From the NCBI GenBank assembly GCA_963663405.2, contig CAXXSM010000132.1:224001-288000 (forward strand): a stretch of 64,000 nucleotides of DNA, in the 5' to 3' direction. The DNA comes from a bacterium. Its GTDB lineage: Bacteria > Hinthialibacterota > Hinthialibacteria > Hinthialibacterales > Hinthialibacteraceae. The first letter of the stretch is position 1; each line of letters opens with the position of its first letter. Both the position numbers and the translations under genes were made by a program. This document shows, one piece after another, positions 1-9,406 of this stretch. The notes under the pieces are model-generated. The model did no database searches. It was not told the origin of the DNA and was given only the letters and a program-made list of their open reading frames with translations.

Positions 1-235
1 AGTCCGTATTCCCATCTGGAAGAATGGGGAAGGGAACTTCGTTATTGTCTACTTTGTACATTTCGATTGCGTTCGATAACGCTCGCATATCCGAATAGAC
101 GCGGCTGACTTTGGCCCGCACTTGAGCGTTTAAAAAGTTCGGAACTGCGATCGCTGCTAAAATGCCGATAATGGCGACGACGATTAATAATTCAATTAGT
201 GTAAATCCGGTCTTCCATCCCAATACTTTTCCCAT
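1..235 (-). CDS. Prepilin-type N-terminal cleavage/methylation protein (type IV pilin / GspG-like), runs off the window edge
   Basis: Manual translation MGKVLGWKTG|FTLIELLIVVAIIGILAAIAVPNFLNAQVRAKVSRVYSDMRALSNAIEMYKVDNNEVP; class III signal G|FTLIE; AAGGA upstream. Not in ORF track. Confidence 0.93.
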   Translation of the reverse strand, partial: MGKVLGWKTGFTLIELLIVVAIIGILAAIAVPNFLNAQVRAKVSRVYSDMRALSNAIEMYKVDNNEVPFPILPDGNTD

Positions 236-466
236 TTTAATACTATCCTTAATTCTTTTTTACAATGAATCAGTTAGGATACCATAAAACCCAGTGAATA
301 ATAAAAGGACATCAGCGCGTTTTTTTTGAATACTATTAATTTTTCCGGTTTTGTATAGGAGAATGTATTTCTACATCTTGATTCTTTTCTCTTTTGCAAC
401 GAAACTTATAGGTTTAATCGTCAACCCTCAATCCCCATAAGGATGAGGATACTATTGGAGGAATTT

Positions 467-1546
467 ATGAAAACGCATAAAATCGCCGTCATGGGTGGCG
501 ACGGAACGGGGCCGGAAGTTATTCGGGAAGGGATTAAAGTACTCAAAACGCTGGAACAGAAATGTGGTTTTAAGTGTGAATACACCGATTTTGATTTTGG
601 TGGAGATCGCTATCTCAAAACAGGTGAAGTGCTGCCGGACAGCGCGATCGATGATCTTCGTCAATTTGACGCGATTTATTTAGGCGCGATTGGACATCCC
701 GATGTAGCGCCGGGAATTTTGGAAAAAGGGATTCTCCTGCGCGCTCGTTTTGAATTGGATCAATATATCAACCTTCGTCCCGTGAAATTGTATCCTGGCG
801 TCTGGACACCGGTGAAAGATAAAGGACCCGAAGAAATCGATTTTGTTGTTGTTCGCGAAAACACCGCTGGACTATATACGGGGAATGGTGGCATCATTAA
901 AAAAGGGACGCCGCAGGAAGTCGCCGTCCAGGAAATGGTCTACACCCGGTTCGATGTGGACCGTTGCTTAAAATACGCCTTTGAATACACTCGAAAACGC
1001 AAGAAAGACAACACCCTGACCCTCTGTGGGAAAACTAACGTCTTGACGTTCGTTTTTGATTTATGGGAGAGGGCTTTTCATGAGATGGGTGAAAAAGAGT
1101 ATCCGGATATTAAGCGTGAGTATGCTCATGTGGACGCGACAACCATGTGGATGGTGAAGAATCCCGAATGGTTCGATGTGATTGTGACGGGGAATATGTT
1201 CGGTGATATCATCACGGACCTGGGCGCGATGGTACAAGGTGGAATGGGTGTCGCCGCGGGCGGCAACATCAATCCGGAAGGCACATCCATGTTTGAGCCC
1301 ATCGGTGGTTCAGCGCCGAAATACACCGGTCAGAATGTTATCAATCCGATCGCGTGTATCTCCGCCGGTCAGATGATGATCGAAGCGCTGGGAGAAGACG
1401 CCGCCGCGAAGATGCTGGATCAAGCGGTTTCTGATTTCTTCTCAAGTGGGGTGCTTCCTGGTTTGGGAGTGAGTGATATTATCAAAGCGGGAATGTCCAC
1501 CACGAAAATCGGAGACGATATCGCGCAGCGAATTCAAGATATGTGA
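467..1546 (+). CDS. leuB: 3-isopropylmalate dehydrogenase
   Basis: [48 protein letters not shown] motifs; GGAGG RBS before ATG 467. Confidence 0.9.
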   Translation: MKTHKIAVMGGDGTGPEVIREGIKVLKTLEQKCGFKCEYTDFDFGGDRYLKTGEVLPDSAIDDLRQFDAIYLGAIGHPDVAPGILEKGILLRARFELDQYINLRPVKLYPGVWTPVKDKGPEEIDFVVVRENTAGLYTGNGGIIKKGTPQEVAVQEMVYTRFDVDRCLKYAFEYTRKRKKDNTLTLCGKTNVLTFVFDLWERAFHEMGEKEYPDIKREYAHVDATTMWMVKNPEWFDVIVTGNMFGDIITDLGAMVQGGMGVAAGGNINPEGTSMFEPIGGSAPKYTGQNVINPIACISAGQMMIEALGEDAAAKMLDQAVSDFFSSGVLPGLGVSDIIKAGMSTTKIGDDIAQRIQDM

Positions 1547-1646
1547 GAGTCGTAGGTTGATTAGGTTGAAGACTGAAGGTTGAAGGAACCGCTTCAATCA
1601 AGTTCTGTGTAGAGTATTTTTTTATCGCTGTATCATTCAAAAATAG

Positions 1647-1683
1647 AAACAGCCCTTTTCTTTTGGATCGGGCTGTTTTTTTT
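1647..1683 (+). terminator. Rho-independent terminator after leuB
   Basis: AAACAGCCC...GGGCTGTTT stem followed by a T run. Confidence 0.7.
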
Positions 1684-1890
1684 CTTCTGAGCGCTTTGTT
1701 CGATTGATCGATCATACCACCTATGTTGTCCGCTGGTTTTGCAAACGGTAATTTTACTGCCGCCTTAAAAGAATCCCCTAAATTTGTTAAATGAATAAGG
1801 TATACTTCTCAAGGATTAATGTAATATTAATTTTCTGTTATGTAAAACTATGATTTCTTTTGGATTTGTATAGGAAATAAAATTCATCCA

Positions 1891-3195
1891 TTGAGGCCAA
1901 GGAAGAATATGGGCTCAAAAGATATAGCATCAACACAATTTTATCCCGTTGAATGCTTTCGCGCTGTGCGAATAGGGTGGACGATTTTTTTAAAAGCGCT
2001 TTATCTTTTTATTAGTATCATAATTCCTTTAGACGCATTCAGCCAAACGCAAAACGAAATCGTATTAGGGATGTCCACAGCGTTGTCGGGACCGACAGCG
2101 TATTTGGGAGTCAACATGCGGGATGGAGTGGAGGCGGCCCTTGATGAGATCAATGAAAAGGGTGGAATCCATGGATATACGCTTCGATTAATTTGTTTGG
2201 ATGATGGATACGAACCCAAACGCACAATTCCCAATATCTATCGGCTTGTTGAACGGGAAAAAGTACTATCGATTATTGGAAATGTTGGAACGCCAACCGC
2301 AGTGACCGCAATTCCCATCGTACAAAAATTGAAAGTACTATTCTTTGGCGCGTATACCGGCGCCGGTGTGTTGAGAAAAACGCCGCCCGATCGGTATGTC
2401 ATTAACTACCGGGCCAGTTACGCCGAAGAAACCGCCTCCATGATCCAACATTTAATAGAATCGGCGAATCTACAACCGGAAGAGATCGCTTTTTTTACCC
2501 AGCGGGACGCGTTTGGCGAAGCGGGGTACTCGGGCGGAATTAACGCGCTTAAGAAATATGGATTAAAGAATGAGTGGAAGATCGCTCACGGGCGGTACGA
2601 TCGAAATACGCTGGCGGTCGAAAATGCGCTCGCTGATTTGTTGATGCACCCCGTCACGCCGAAAGCCATTATTTTGTATGGAACATACGCTCCCTGCGCG
2701 AAATTCATTCGCCTTGCGAAAGAAAATGGATTAGACGCGATTTTTATGATCGGTTCGTTTGTTGGAAGCGAACAATACTTGGCTGAGGTGGGAGAAAGTG
2801 GTGAAGACACATTTATCATGCAAGTGGTTCCCCACTACGAATTGGATATTCCGATCGCTAAACGCTACCTGAATGCGATACGGCAAATAGATGCTCAAAT
2901 GCAGCCAACGTTCACGTCTTTCGAAGGCTATATTTGCGCGCAAATCTTTTTTCTGGCGCTACAGAGTGCCAATCCTCCCTTTGATCGAGAATCGATTGTA
3001 TGCGTGATGGAATCCTTAGGGGAGTTTGATATTGGATTGAATTTTCCTCTTTCGATCAATCCATCCGAACATCAAGCTTCTCATCAAGTATGGCCCACGG
3101 TTGTTCAGGATGGAGAAATTAGACCTTTTGATTGGAATGCGTTGGGCTCATTCACGGATTTAAGAAAAGAAAATACAACGTTCCGTTCTAAATGA
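1891..3195 (+). CDS. LivJ-like periplasmic binding protein (type 1 PBP); true start uncertain
   Basis: LGMSTALSGP, GGIHG..LRLICLDDGYEP, GNVGTPT, INYRASYAEET motifs; hydrophobic N-terminal segment. Confidence 0.88.
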   Translation: MRPRKNMGSKDIASTQFYPVECFRAVRIGWTIFLKALYLFISIIIPLDAFSQTQNEIVLGMSTALSGPTAYLGVNMRDGVEAALDEINEKGGIHGYTLRLICLDDGYEPKRTIPNIYRLVEREKVLSIIGNVGTPTAVTAIPIVQKLKVLFFGAYTGAGVLRKTPPDRYVINYRASYAEETASMIQHLIESANLQPEEIAFFTQRDAFGEAGYSGGINALKKYGLKNEWKIAHGRYDRNTLAVENALADLLMHPVTPKAIILYGTYAPCAKFIRLAKENGLDAIFMIGSFVGSEQYLAEVGESGEDTFIMQVVPHYELDIPIAKRYLNAIRQIDAQMQPTFTSFEGYICAQIFFLALQSANPPFDRESIVCVMESLGEFDIGLNFPLSINPSEHQASHQVWPTVVQDGEIRPFDWNALGSFTDLRKENTTFRSK

Positions 3196-3222
3196 ATCTC
3201 CTTTGAAAGATAAAGACTATTC

Positions 3223-5157
3223 ATGATGAATCCGCCAATCGCAAGATCTCCGATTACAAGCTATCTAAAATTGTTTGTCCTCTTGGGTATTGGTGTTGGA
3301 TTTCTTTTACTCGTGTCGATTCGCTTGATTACATCCTATATGCAATCGGAACGAGAGAATGGTGAACTACTAAAGGATGAATCTACACAGTTCTTGCATG
3401 TCTTTGAGTTGAAATTAAAAGAAGGGAAAGAAGATCTGATCGAATTTCTTCAACCCACTCCCAAGTTAAATCCAAGAAAACAGTGGATCGAAACACTCAA
3501 GCAGAAAACGAATGAATACTACAAAAACCACCAGGAAGATTTTTTTTCCTTTCTAAAAGAGATTACACATTATACAGAGTTAGTGTCCGATTTATATCAT
3601 ACCTGCGCGCCCTGGAATTCTCATTATGTTTCCGTTCAAAATAAGATCAATCAAACAAGAAATCAGCTCTATGACTCGATCAATATGTTTCATGAATTAA
3701 CCAATATCGCCGAAGGGGAAAACCGGATTCAATTAGCCGCTCTGATCCATCGCTACAGAGATTCATCAGCAATGCGGAATGATACAATCGGCGCAGAGAT
3801 AATCGGCAAAATGACGGCGCTCAATTTTTCCAACTTGAAAATGGAAATCGGAACGTTGTCCCTATTAATTGAGCGTTTAATCAGCGAAACGGAAATCGAT
3901 GTGTTCGTGGATTACAAAGACAATCAGATCAAACCTGTTTTGTCGCGCATCGAGCGGATTGTGGGGTATTTAAATGACGCCTCTGGTGACAAATACCTTG
4001 CTATAACTAATTTAAAAAGGGAGATTATCAATGAATTGTTCGGTGACGGCGCGCTGCTGAATGATGAATACCAAACGATTGAATTAGGCCGGGAAGGATT
4101 ATATTCTTTTTTACTTGACGCGTTGTTGTTGGAGAGGGAACGGCAAAAAAACCTCGATCGAATTTCATTGATTTTTAATCAGTTCGAAGAGATTCTGATC
4201 CAGATGCAGAATGCTCTGTATTTTCAACTTGAAAATTTGTCCATTAACACCGGCATCCGGATCCAGTATGCTTCATACATTATCTACGCGATCACATTTC
4301 TTTTGTCCGCTGTTTTTCTACTCTTAGCCAGTGTGATTGTTAAAGCGGTTAATCGGCAGGTTGTAACAATTCATTCGGTCAATCAACGTCTGCAATCCCA
4401 AACCCAGGAATTGGAAACGGTAAACCAGACATTATATGCTGAGATTGAAAGACGAAAAGTCACGGAAAAGGCCTTGACAATCAGCGAAGAACGATACCGC
4501 AGTTTGTTTGAAACCAGCCGGGATAGTATTGTGTTTGTGACATTGGATGGGCGTATTGAAGATCCCAATCAAGCGTATCTGGATCTTTTAGGCTATTCAC
4601 GGGAGGAAGCGTTGAATAAATCAATTACCGATTTCACGCCCAGCCAGTGGAATGAATTCGAAGAAAGAATTCATGAAGAACAAGTGATGAAACAAGGCTT
4701 TTCGGAAGAATATGAAAAGGAAGTCGTTCGAAAAGATGGCAGTATACGTTATGTGAGTGTGCGTTCATGGTTGGTCAACAACGAAAAGAAAAAACCGATT
4801 CGCACATTACGTATTCTCCGTGATATCACGGAACGAAAAATTCTTGAAGGGGAACTTCAGAGAAAGACGCTTGAGTACGAACGGCAGCAGGTCATGATTA
4901 AAAGCTTTGCTACAATTTGCCATTATCTCAGTCAACCGTTGACGGTTTTATGGGGTCTTTTGCGGCTCCTCAAGAATACACCTGAATTCAGTCAGGACAA
5001 AAAAGTCAGCAAATACATCAACCAATGTATCGAGTCGACAGATAAAATGTCATCCTTGATCAATAAACTCCGTGCGATTGATGAATACAAAACCACCGAT
5101 TATACGAAACTTACTGAAATGGTGGAGATCGAAAAAGAGTCCGAAAACAACCTCTGA
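3223..5157 (+). CDS. Membrane sensor: TM - large helical periplasmic domain - TM - coiled coil - PAS/PAC - HisKA-like helix, no HATPase domain
   Basis: Two hydrophobic segments; SEERYRSLFE, NQAYLDLLGYSREE, RKDGS, RDITERK (PAS/PAC); ATICHYLSQPLTVL H-box; ends about 75 aa later. Confidence 0.82.
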   Translation: MMNPPIARSPITSYLKLFVLLGIGVGFLLLVSIRLITSYMQSERENGELLKDESTQFLHVFELKLKEGKEDLIEFLQPTPKLNPRKQWIETLKQKTNEYYKNHQEDFFSFLKEITHYTELVSDLYHTCAPWNSHYVSVQNKINQTRNQLYDSINMFHELTNIAEGENRIQLAALIHRYRDSSAMRNDTIGAEIIGKMTALNFSNLKMEIGTLSLLIERLISETEIDVFVDYKDNQIKPVLSRIERIVGYLNDASGDKYLAITNLKREIINELFGDGALLNDEYQTIELGREGLYSFLLDALLLERERQKNLDRISLIFNQFEEILIQMQNALYFQLENLSINTGIRIQYASYIIYAITFLLSAVFLLLASVIVKAVNRQVVTIHSVNQRLQSQTQELETVNQTLYAEIERRKVTEKALTISEERYRSLFETSRDSIVFVTLDGRIEDPNQAYLDLLGYSREEALNKSITDFTPSQWNEFEERIHEEQVMKQGFSEEYEKEVVRKDGSIRYVSVRSWLVNNEKKKPIRTLRILRDITERKILEGELQRKTLEYERQQVMIKSFATICHYLSQPLTVLWGLLRLLKNTPEFSQDKKVSKYINQCIESTDKMSSLINKLRAIDEYKTTDYTKLTEMVEIEKESENNL

Positions 5158-5324
5158 ATGTGATAAACCGAAAAGATTTGATTGGGTTCTTCCAATCAGG
5201 GAAATACCTTGGAATATTTAACTGCTCTGCGTTCATAATCCCTTTCTCAACCCCTCGTCAAAAACGATCGGATATATCCACGTATCAAATGTGTTGATGA
5301 ACGCGGATTCCGTGTTTCGAAAAA

Positions 5325-5377
5325 AATACAAATGTCGATATTTTGGGTTGACAAATAGACAGATGTCGATATACAAT
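5325..5377 (+). promoter_or_regulatory. Sigma70 promoter of the blaI-blaR operon with two BlaI/CopY-type operators
   Basis: TTGACA 5348-5353, TACAAT 5372-5377; TACA-AA-TGTC 5327-5336 and GACA-GA-TGTC 5358-5367, each followed by GATAT. Confidence 0.72.
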
Positions 5378-5525
5378 TCTCTATAACGCGCGTTGGTAGT
5401 AGTAAACAGTTTGACAAAGCAGATCGTTGTAGAAATACGAACGGTTCTTTATCCTAGTGTCTCTCTAAAGAAGTTAGAGATGATCCAGGAGAGATGAAGA
5501 GCCGGGAGAGAAAGAGAAAAACACA

Positions 5526-5933
5526 ATGGTTCCTCAAGAGATTCGGATTCCCGATTCGGAATTGCAGGTGCTGCAAGCGCTTTGGGAAAAGGGGCCTTCA
5601 ACGGCGCGGGAGATCCGAGAGACGATTGACGAAGCCCGTGGTGGGCGTCTCGCCCATGCGACCGTTGTGACCCTAATCCAACGGTTGGAAGAGAAGGGAT
5701 ACATCAAACGGACGGGAAAACAAGTGGGGAAAGCGTTTGTTTACCGCGCCTCGCTCAAACCGGAACGGGCGCAACAGCATTTCGTCCAGAAATATCTGAC
5801 CCGCGCGTTCGGCGGTGATCCCATCCCACTGTTTTCGCAGCTCATTGAAAGCGAAGACCTGAGTTTGGATGAGATCGTTAGGATCCGGGAGATGCTGGAC
5901 GAGAGAGAACGCCGGATGAAGGAGAAGGGCTGA
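5526..5933 (+). CDS. BlaI/MecI/CopY family transcriptional repressor
   Basis: SELQVLQALWEKGPSTAREI...TVVTLIQRLEEKGYI..AFVY...FGG..PLFSQLI. Confidence 0.93.
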   Translation: MVPQEIRIPDSELQVLQALWEKGPSTAREIRETIDEARGGRLAHATVVTLIQRLEEKGYIKRTGKQVGKAFVYRASLKPERAQQHFVQKYLTRAFGGDPIPLFSQLIESEDLSLDEIVRIREMLDERERRMKEKG

Positions 5934-7864
5934 TGGTTGGCGAATGGATCGTTTCGGGGGCGGCGGTTTGGTGGGATTGGATTCTTGCCTGCCTGCCGGG
6001 AGCGCTTGGCTTGTACCTGATTGTTGAATTGGTGATCCGGTACGGGAAAAATATCCCGGCGCGAGCGCGGTATTGCATGCTGTTGCTCGTTTTACTGAAG
6101 TGTGTGATCCCCTGCCCCTGGACCCTTCAAGCGCCACTCCCCGCGCTGGAGGCGCCGGCGCCGATTTTAATGGACTGGGATTCACTGTCCTCGAAACCAA
6201 CGGTTCCCATCGTCAGCGCGAACGTCTCTACTCCCATTGATGTAGAGCCGATCTCTAAAGAGGTGGAACGTGTCACTTCACTGCTTCCAGCGTTTTCGAT
6301 CTTGTTTCTACTCAGCCTCTGCGGGACGATTCTGGCCGCGGCGGCGATTATCGCCAAGATGATTCGCTCGCGGATGCTGATACCGCTTCCACGTGAGGAT
6401 GAAATCGCGGTGGAATGCGCCCGGATCTGTGAGTGTCTGCGAATGAAAATACCCCGGATGCTTGTCTCGCAAACCGGTCAGGGACCGTATGCGGGGGGCT
6501 TGTTTTCACCGTGTTTGATTGTGCCGGCGCATTGGCTTGGACGCCCGGTTGCGCAGCGGCGCCCGGCGCTTGCCCATGAATTGGCTCACATCCGGCGTGG
6601 GGATTATTTCGTCAATTGGCTTCAAGTGACGGTGACGGCGTTCTGTTGGTGGAATCCTCTCATCGCCCGGTTGAATTATTTAATCCGGCTCGAACGTGAG
6701 TTGTGCTGTGATGAATTTGTTCTGCGCACTCTTGATATAGAACCCATCGCGTATTCCCGATTGTTGTTAGACGCGGCGGAAGAACAAGTCCGATTCCGCC
6801 ATTTCAGTTGGACTCCGGCCTTCGCCGATTCCACGCATTCGATCAATCAACGCATAAGGAGAATTCTCATGTTAAAAAAAGTTCGGCCTCGTTTTTCATG
6901 GATAGGATTATTCATTGTTTTGGCTTTCGGTTTTTCATTGTTCTTTGGCTTTCAGATCGCAGCCGCGGTATCGGATCAATCAAAACGGGATTTGGCTTAT
7001 CTCCGTATTGAACTCGCGCAACTGCAATCTATACTGAAAATCGCCTATGAGAATGATTTGGAAATTCCCTCCGAAGAAATCAGCGCCCTGCGGGAAGAAT
7101 TAGGGAAATTGAAAAAGACTGTAGAGATTGAAGGGTATAGGAATCCCAAGAATCCATTGCATCACCCCTTTGATAAACCTTATGAAACGATTCGTGATAT
7201 CACCGCCCATTTTTATGAATCTATACTAGACGCGAAACTGAGAGGCGATCAAGAGAAATTGAACGAATCCAAGAAAAAATTAAAAGCGTTTTATGATGAA
7301 TTGGAACAACAAAAATCGATTGGCCTTTCGATTTATGAAGAAGACAAAAAAGAGGAGAATTACGAACGTAGAGCCTTAGAATACGGTACCTCTCTCGTGT
7401 ATCGCGGGCAGCGGAGTATGCAGAACGCGCTGGAATCCTTCTTTATCGACCACAATACATATCCCGTACCCATCGAGGGGTATCGGCTCGATCAAATGGG
7501 ACTTATCGCACGAATGGAAACGGATGAGAAAGGAAATATGAAGATTACGCCTATAGAAGAAAAGCGGCCTGTAGGATCTCCATTAAAAGAGGGGGAAAGT
7601 ATTATACGGTTGACCACCCCCATCGCTTATCTCGTGGGATTTCCAAAAGATCCCTTTGATGTGGATGGGAAGACATACCGGTATTTCAGTGATGGGCCTT
7701 CGTTTTATATTCTTTCTTCCAAAGGCCCTGACGGGGATATCGATTTCAACGTCAGTGATTATAAAGGAGAACCGAAATCGGATATAATCAATAAATATCA
7801 GTATCAATATGATTTCAAAACAGGGAAGTACAGCTCAGGGGATATTATCCGTATTGGCCCGTGA
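5933..7864 (+). CDS. BlaR1/MecR1-like M56 metallopeptidase with C-terminal GspG/pilin-like domain
   Basis: TM segments, AHELAHIRRGD (HExxH), WWNPL, ERELCCDE, RIRRIL; C-terminus NALESFFIDHNTYP...LTTPIAYL...DPF...SKGPDG...GDIIR; TGATG coupling to the repressor gene. Confidence 0.9.
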   Translation: MVGEWIVSGAAVWWDWILACLPGALGLYLIVELVIRYGKNIPARARYCMLLLVLLKCVIPCPWTLQAPLPALEAPAPILMDWDSLSSKPTVPIVSANVSTPIDVEPISKEVERVTSLLPAFSILFLLSLCGTILAAAAIIAKMIRSRMLIPLPREDEIAVECARICECLRMKIPRMLVSQTGQGPYAGGLFSPCLIVPAHWLGRPVAQRRPALAHELAHIRRGDYFVNWLQVTVTAFCWWNPLIARLNYLIRLERELCCDEFVLRTLDIEPIAYSRLLLDAAEEQVRFRHFSWTPAFADSTHSINQRIRRILMLKKVRPRFSWIGLFIVLAFGFSLFFGFQIAAAVSDQSKRDLAYLRIELAQLQSILKIAYENDLEIPSEEISALREELGKLKKTVEIEGYRNPKNPLHHPFDKPYETIRDITAHFYESILDAKLRGDQEKLNESKKKLKAFYDELEQQKSIGLSIYEEDKKEENYERRALEYGTSLVYRGQRSMQNALESFFIDHNTYPVPIEGYRLDQMGLIARMETDEKGNMKITPIEEKRPVGSPLKEGESIIRLTTPIAYLVGFPKDPFDVDGKTYRYFSDGPSFYILSSKGPDGDIDFNVSDYKGEPKSDIINKYQYQYDFKTGKYSSGDIIRIGP

Positions 7865-7891
7865 TGAATGTAAAATTGATGAAAGGATCAG

Positions 7892-7923
7892 AAGCCTCCT
7901 CCAACATTGGGGGAGGCTTTTTT
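7892..7923. terminator. Terminator hairpin between convergent blaR and the oxidoreductase gamma gene
   Basis: AAGCCTCCTCCAA...TTGGGGGAGGCTT stem with T tail. Confidence 0.8.
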
Positions 7924-8482
7924 AAGCGCTGACGGACGCCGCCGCTTGGATGGGCTCGAAGTTGTAGCCATGTTTGAATGCGTTAAGGTTGATGTCGATG
8001 GTTTTGGAGGGCACGGTGATTCGGATCGCTTCTTCCAAGGCCTCTTTGGAAATCGCATTGCACATCTTGGCGAGAAAACCGAGCATGACGATATTCAATA
8101 CAACACGGCTTCCCAATTCTTCCGCGAGGCGCGTGCAAGTGATGCCATAAGCGTTCCCACTTGGAGGAAGCGGCCCCGGCGTGACCAAGTCGCTTTCATA
8201 GAGTAATGTGCCGTTTTCGGCGAGATCAGGCAAATATTGCGAGCAGGCTTCCTGCGACAGTGTCACGAGCACATCGGGTTTAATCACGTATGGATATGTG
8301 ACGGGTGTATCCGAGATGACGATTTGAGCGCCACAGGCGCCGCCCCGCGCTTCCGGACCGTAACTGCGTGTCATGGTCGCAAATTTATTGTCAAATATGG
8401 CGCTTGCTTTACCGATAATTGTGCCGGACATCACAACTCCCTGCCCGCCAAAGCCGCCGACTTTAATTTGTGTAAGACTCAT
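7922..8482 (-). CDS. korC: 2-oxoacid:ferredoxin oxidoreductase gamma subunit
   Basis: GFGGQGVV, SYGPEARGG, NIVMLGFL. Confidence 0.9.
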   Translation of the reverse strand: MSLTQIKVGGFGGQGVVMSGTIIGKASAIFDNKFATMTRSYGPEARGGACGAQIVISDTPVTYPYVIKPDVLVTLSQEACSQYLPDLAENGTLLYESDLVTPGPLPPSGNAYGITCTRLAEELGSRVVLNIVMLGFLAKMCNAISKEALEEAIRITVPSKTIDINLNAFKHGYNFEPIQAAASVSA

Positions 8483-9405
8483 ACTATCGCTCCTGTATAT
8501 GGCACGTACTCGTCACCGATGCTGGCGCGGTATTGCTCTATCATTGAATCAAGAAATGTGGAGCGGTCTTTGTCAATGAATTTCCCACAGATGATTTTGC
8601 TCCCCGGTTCGATGACCGCTTCACGCGTGTCGATATCATTCTTGATTTCACTGTGATCTTTGAACATTTTTTGCTGGATTAGACCCGTGCGGCATTGGTT
8701 GCGCCGGCCGTACAGGGTTGGACAGGGTGAAAGGGCTTCGATAAAGGTGAAGCCTTTCTTGTCGAATGTTTCTTTAATCGCCTTTTGCAGCTGACGCACG
8801 TGGGCTGTTGTCCATCGAGCGATATAGACAGCGCCGCAGGCTTCCATGAATTGAGGCAGATTCAATTGATGCTCGTAGAATCCATATGGCGTCGTACTGG
8901 CGAGAGTGCCCCTCGGAGTGGTTGGCGCGGCCTGCCCGCCTGTCATGGAATAGACGAAATTGTTGACGCAAATGACTTTCAGATCAATGTTGCGGCGGGC
9001 GGCGTGAACAAGATGATTTCCGCCAATGGCGGTGAGATCCCCGTCACCGCTGAATACAACAACGGTCAGTTCGGGATTGGCCAGCTTTAATCCTGTGGCA
9101 AATGGAATCGCTCGGCCGTGGGTGGTGTGGAATGAATCAAAATCCAGGTACCCCGCTACGCGGCCGGTGCATCCAATTCCCGACACGATACACAATTTTT
9201 TCCTCTCGATTTTTGACGCCATAAACGCGCGGATAAACGCATTGACGACCGTTCCGACCCCACATCCTGGACACCAAATGTGGGGGATGCGGTCCATTCG
9301 GAGGTACTCTTCCAATGGATTCTTCGCCACTTCGGCGGGAGGGGAATCGGGCGCTGGATTTGGTTCGCTTGTTGGAGTGGCAATTGCGGCGCAAGTCTCG
9401 CTCAT
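8479..9405 (-). CDS. korB: 2-oxoacid:ferredoxin oxidoreductase beta subunit (TPP-binding)
   Basis: WCPGCG, SGIGCTG, HTTHGRA, GDGD..AIGGNH, MTGGQ, SPCPT; start moved to the ATG just after the alpha stop. Confidence 0.9.
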   Translation of the reverse strand: MSETCAAIATPTSEPNPAPDSPPAEVAKNPLEEYLRMDRIPHIWCPGCGVGTVVNAFIRAFMASKIERKKLCIVSGIGCTGRVAGYLDFDSFHTTHGRAIPFATGLKLANPELTVVVFSGDGDLTAIGGNHLVHAARRNIDLKVICVNNFVYSMTGGQAAPTTPRGTLASTTPYGFYEHQLNLPQFMEACGAVYIARWTTAHVRQLQKAIKETFDKKGFTFIEALSPCPTLYGRRNQCRTGLIQQKMFKDHSEIKNDIDTREAVIEPGSKIICGKFIDKDRSTFLDSMIEQYRASIGDEYVPYTGAIV

Positions 9406-9406
9406 G

